DNA of 63,986 bases, the filler included, from Streblomastix strix (Eukaryota): assembly GCA_008636045.1 (NCBI GenBank). It is 3 parts of 3 records of this genome, joined end to end, with 100 filler letters (N's around TTAATTAATTAA, not from the genome) between each part and the next. Parts side by side here need not be neighbours in the genome. Positions count along the whole stretch, not along the records: positions 42,969 to 63,986 come from SNRW01000400.1; 2 more parts are not named here. One strand, 5' to 3'. Position 1 is the stretch's first letter, and each line of letters starts with the position of its first letter. The notes beneath the pieces are model-generated. The model worked only from the letters and a program-made list of their open reading frames with translations, was not told the origin of the DNA and searched no databases. Below are positions 63,170-63,986 of this stretch, piece after piece. Position numbers and translations under genes: made by a program.

Positions 63170-63986
63170 TGATCTATGAGAAATGCCGCGATTTTTCCTG
63201 ATGGTAACATGTCCTTCTTCTTAATCATCTCCTTCCCTTGGTACAGAATAAGAGAGCTCTCTCCAAGAATAAGGAATCTGCTACTGCCTGTTAGTAAGTG
63301 TGTGAACCATATTTGATCTAGCCACCAAGGTGCTATTATGATTGATTTTGGTTTAAACTTTCCTCAAGCGATTAGGGCTTTTCCAATCTTCGGAATTGGT
63401 GGTTAGATCCAAAAGATCTCCTCCATCCATAATCTCGAAAACGCGTCTAACCATTCTGCCTCTTCTTCTTCCACACACATTGCTATGAATCTATGCACGT
63501 ATTTATTTTCCTCCTGTTGCGAACAAGTCCAGTGTTAGTATTATCTACCATGCTTAGCATAGAGCTATGAATATTTCTATCTTTACGGAATAATCGCCCT
63601 GGGTGCTTAGTCTACTTAATGCGTCTGTTATATTATTTGATTTTCCTGGAGAATGTTGAGTCTGTGTATGTATTCTCAGTTGTTGACATAGTTTAACTAT
63701 TTTTTTCACTTTCGCTATCAGAGTTTAACCTGCTCTCTGTTTTACTAAATATAATACTGTGGTTGAGTTGTCTGACTTAATGAGGATCGCTTCAATTTGC
63801 AGCTCTCTAAAGATTTATCCGTAACGGAATAGTCCTAAATATATGGCTTCCATCTCCTTCTTATTGCTTGTCCACTTCTTCTGTTCCTTATTCCATTCTC
63901 CATGTTGGACTAAAGTATCTCGTGTTTGTAGTTCTAGAGTCACTCCCTTATCTTTTGGAGATGCGTATGATGCCATTACTTCTTCT
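63170..63986 (-). pseudogene. DIRS pol C-terminus (RNase H + adenine-methyltransferase-like)
   Basis: RNase H motifs SNKKEMEAI, IKSDNSTT, TDALSR then LDLFAT and WIQPP; runs off the window end. Confidence 0.85.

Larger units (their letters stand above)
61540..63986 (-). mobile_element. DIRS-type tyrosine-recombinase retrotransposon (partial, degraded)
   Basis: RNase H (SNKKEMEAI, IKSDNSTT, PGKSNNITDALSR), methyltransferase-like (LDLFAT, WIQPP, IIAPWW), then YR ORF; GC-richer terminal segment ~61540-61600. Confidence 0.9.

Overview
AT-rich eukaryotic DNA made of three contigs joined by N-padded TTAATTAATTAA linkers (21390-21489, 42869-42968). Host and mobile genes read through TAA/TAG as Gln and stop only at TGA, so the supplied standard-code ORF track is largely uninformative. 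This code, the short GT-AG introns and the element content suggest an oxymonad such as Streblomastix (inference; ciliates share the code). Host genes are adenosine kinase, MSH5, ALG2, a ubiquitin-like gene and a hypothetical gene. Most of the window is endogenous Polinton/Maverick-like virus DNA from several distinct elements: three protein-primed PolB genes, two integrases, two A32 packaging ATPases, AEP primase and SF3/D5 helicase, fibres, and major and minor capsid genes. One ~15 kb element is bounded by terminal inverted repeats (45295-60330). Also present are a DIRS retrotransposon, hAT and DDE transposase relics, and an intact helicase-only CRESS-Rep-like ORF. The most unusual signals are an adenovirus protein VI-like amphipathic peptide, AGTAGT...ACTACT fold-back units at element ends, and recurrent Arg-position TGA codons in the viral genes. 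All translations were read by eye, so pseudogene boundaries are approximate.
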